IMG/VR virus record: IMGVR_UViG_3300029705_000029
DNA: 64,000 bases
From: a virus
Lineage: Duplodnaviria; Heunggongvirae; Uroviricota; Caudoviricetes
Strand: one strand, 5' to 3'
Below, piece by piece: positions 63,998-64,000 of this stretch. Numbering within the stretch: the first letter of the stretch is position 1; every line of letters begins with the position of its first letter. The translations under genes and the position numbers were made by a program. The notes below the pieces were generated by a model. That model was not told where the DNA came from. It did no database searches and saw only the letters and a list, made by a program, of their open reading frames with translations.

Positions 63998-64000
63998 GAA

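Overview
The window reads as a contiguous stretch of a large dsDNA bacteriophage genome. Every credible gene is on the minus strand and the genes are tightly tiled, with many ATGA/TAATG start-stop overlaps. GC content is low, ribosome-binding sites are strong GGAGG-type, and promoters are sigma-70-like (TTGACA-N17-TATAAT), all of which suggests a low-GC Gram-positive host.

Gene content, from the low-coordinate end:
- 1-8 kb, nucleotide metabolism and replication: a ribonucleotide reductase gene interrupted by a group I intron that carries a GIY-YIG homing endonuclease, a guanylate-kinase-like kinase, a DnaE-type DNA polymerase III alpha and a Dda/RecD-like helicase.
- 8-18.5 kb: an NAD-dependent DNA ligase plus many small Cys-rich or zinc-ribbon proteins, including several paralogue pairs and a YqeY-like protein.
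- 18.9-25.8 kb: an island with a PARP-like protein (WGR plus catalytic domain), a TARG1/DarG-like macrodomain, a DHH/RecJ-like phosphoesterase, a calcineurin-like phosphatase, a polynucleotide kinase fused to an HD domain, and an RNA ligase fused to a tRNA-binding domain.
- 25.8-32.5 kb: an HD-domain protein, a dCMP deaminase, a TOPRIM primase, a 3D-domain cell-wall protein, a cysteine desulfurase and an SPFH/band-7 protein.
- 32.5-37 kb: a non-coding region with nine canonical tRNAs (Gly, Arg, Ala, Ser x2, Thr, Gln-like, Asn, Lys), two unusual ~136-nt tRNA-like genes that carry a ~55-nt insertion in the anticodon arm, and GC-rich structured spacers.
- 37-47 kb, replication/recombination: a DnaB-like helicase, a Sak4/AAA_24 ATPase, an SSB-like protein and a tyrosine recombinase.
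- 47-64 kb: many small unknown genes, two Lar-family anti-restriction-like proteins, an HNH endonuclease and a reverse transcriptase. The reverse transcriptase lies next to a tandem array of at least six ~170-nt structured repeat units, and those units flank a two-gene cassette.

Two further points apply across the window. A highly conserved ~20-nt motif (CATTAATTTTGTAYTGTY on the plus strand) occurs about 25 times immediately upstream of minus-strand genes. Small ORFs that I translated by hand, rather than taking from the ORF track, carry low confidence.
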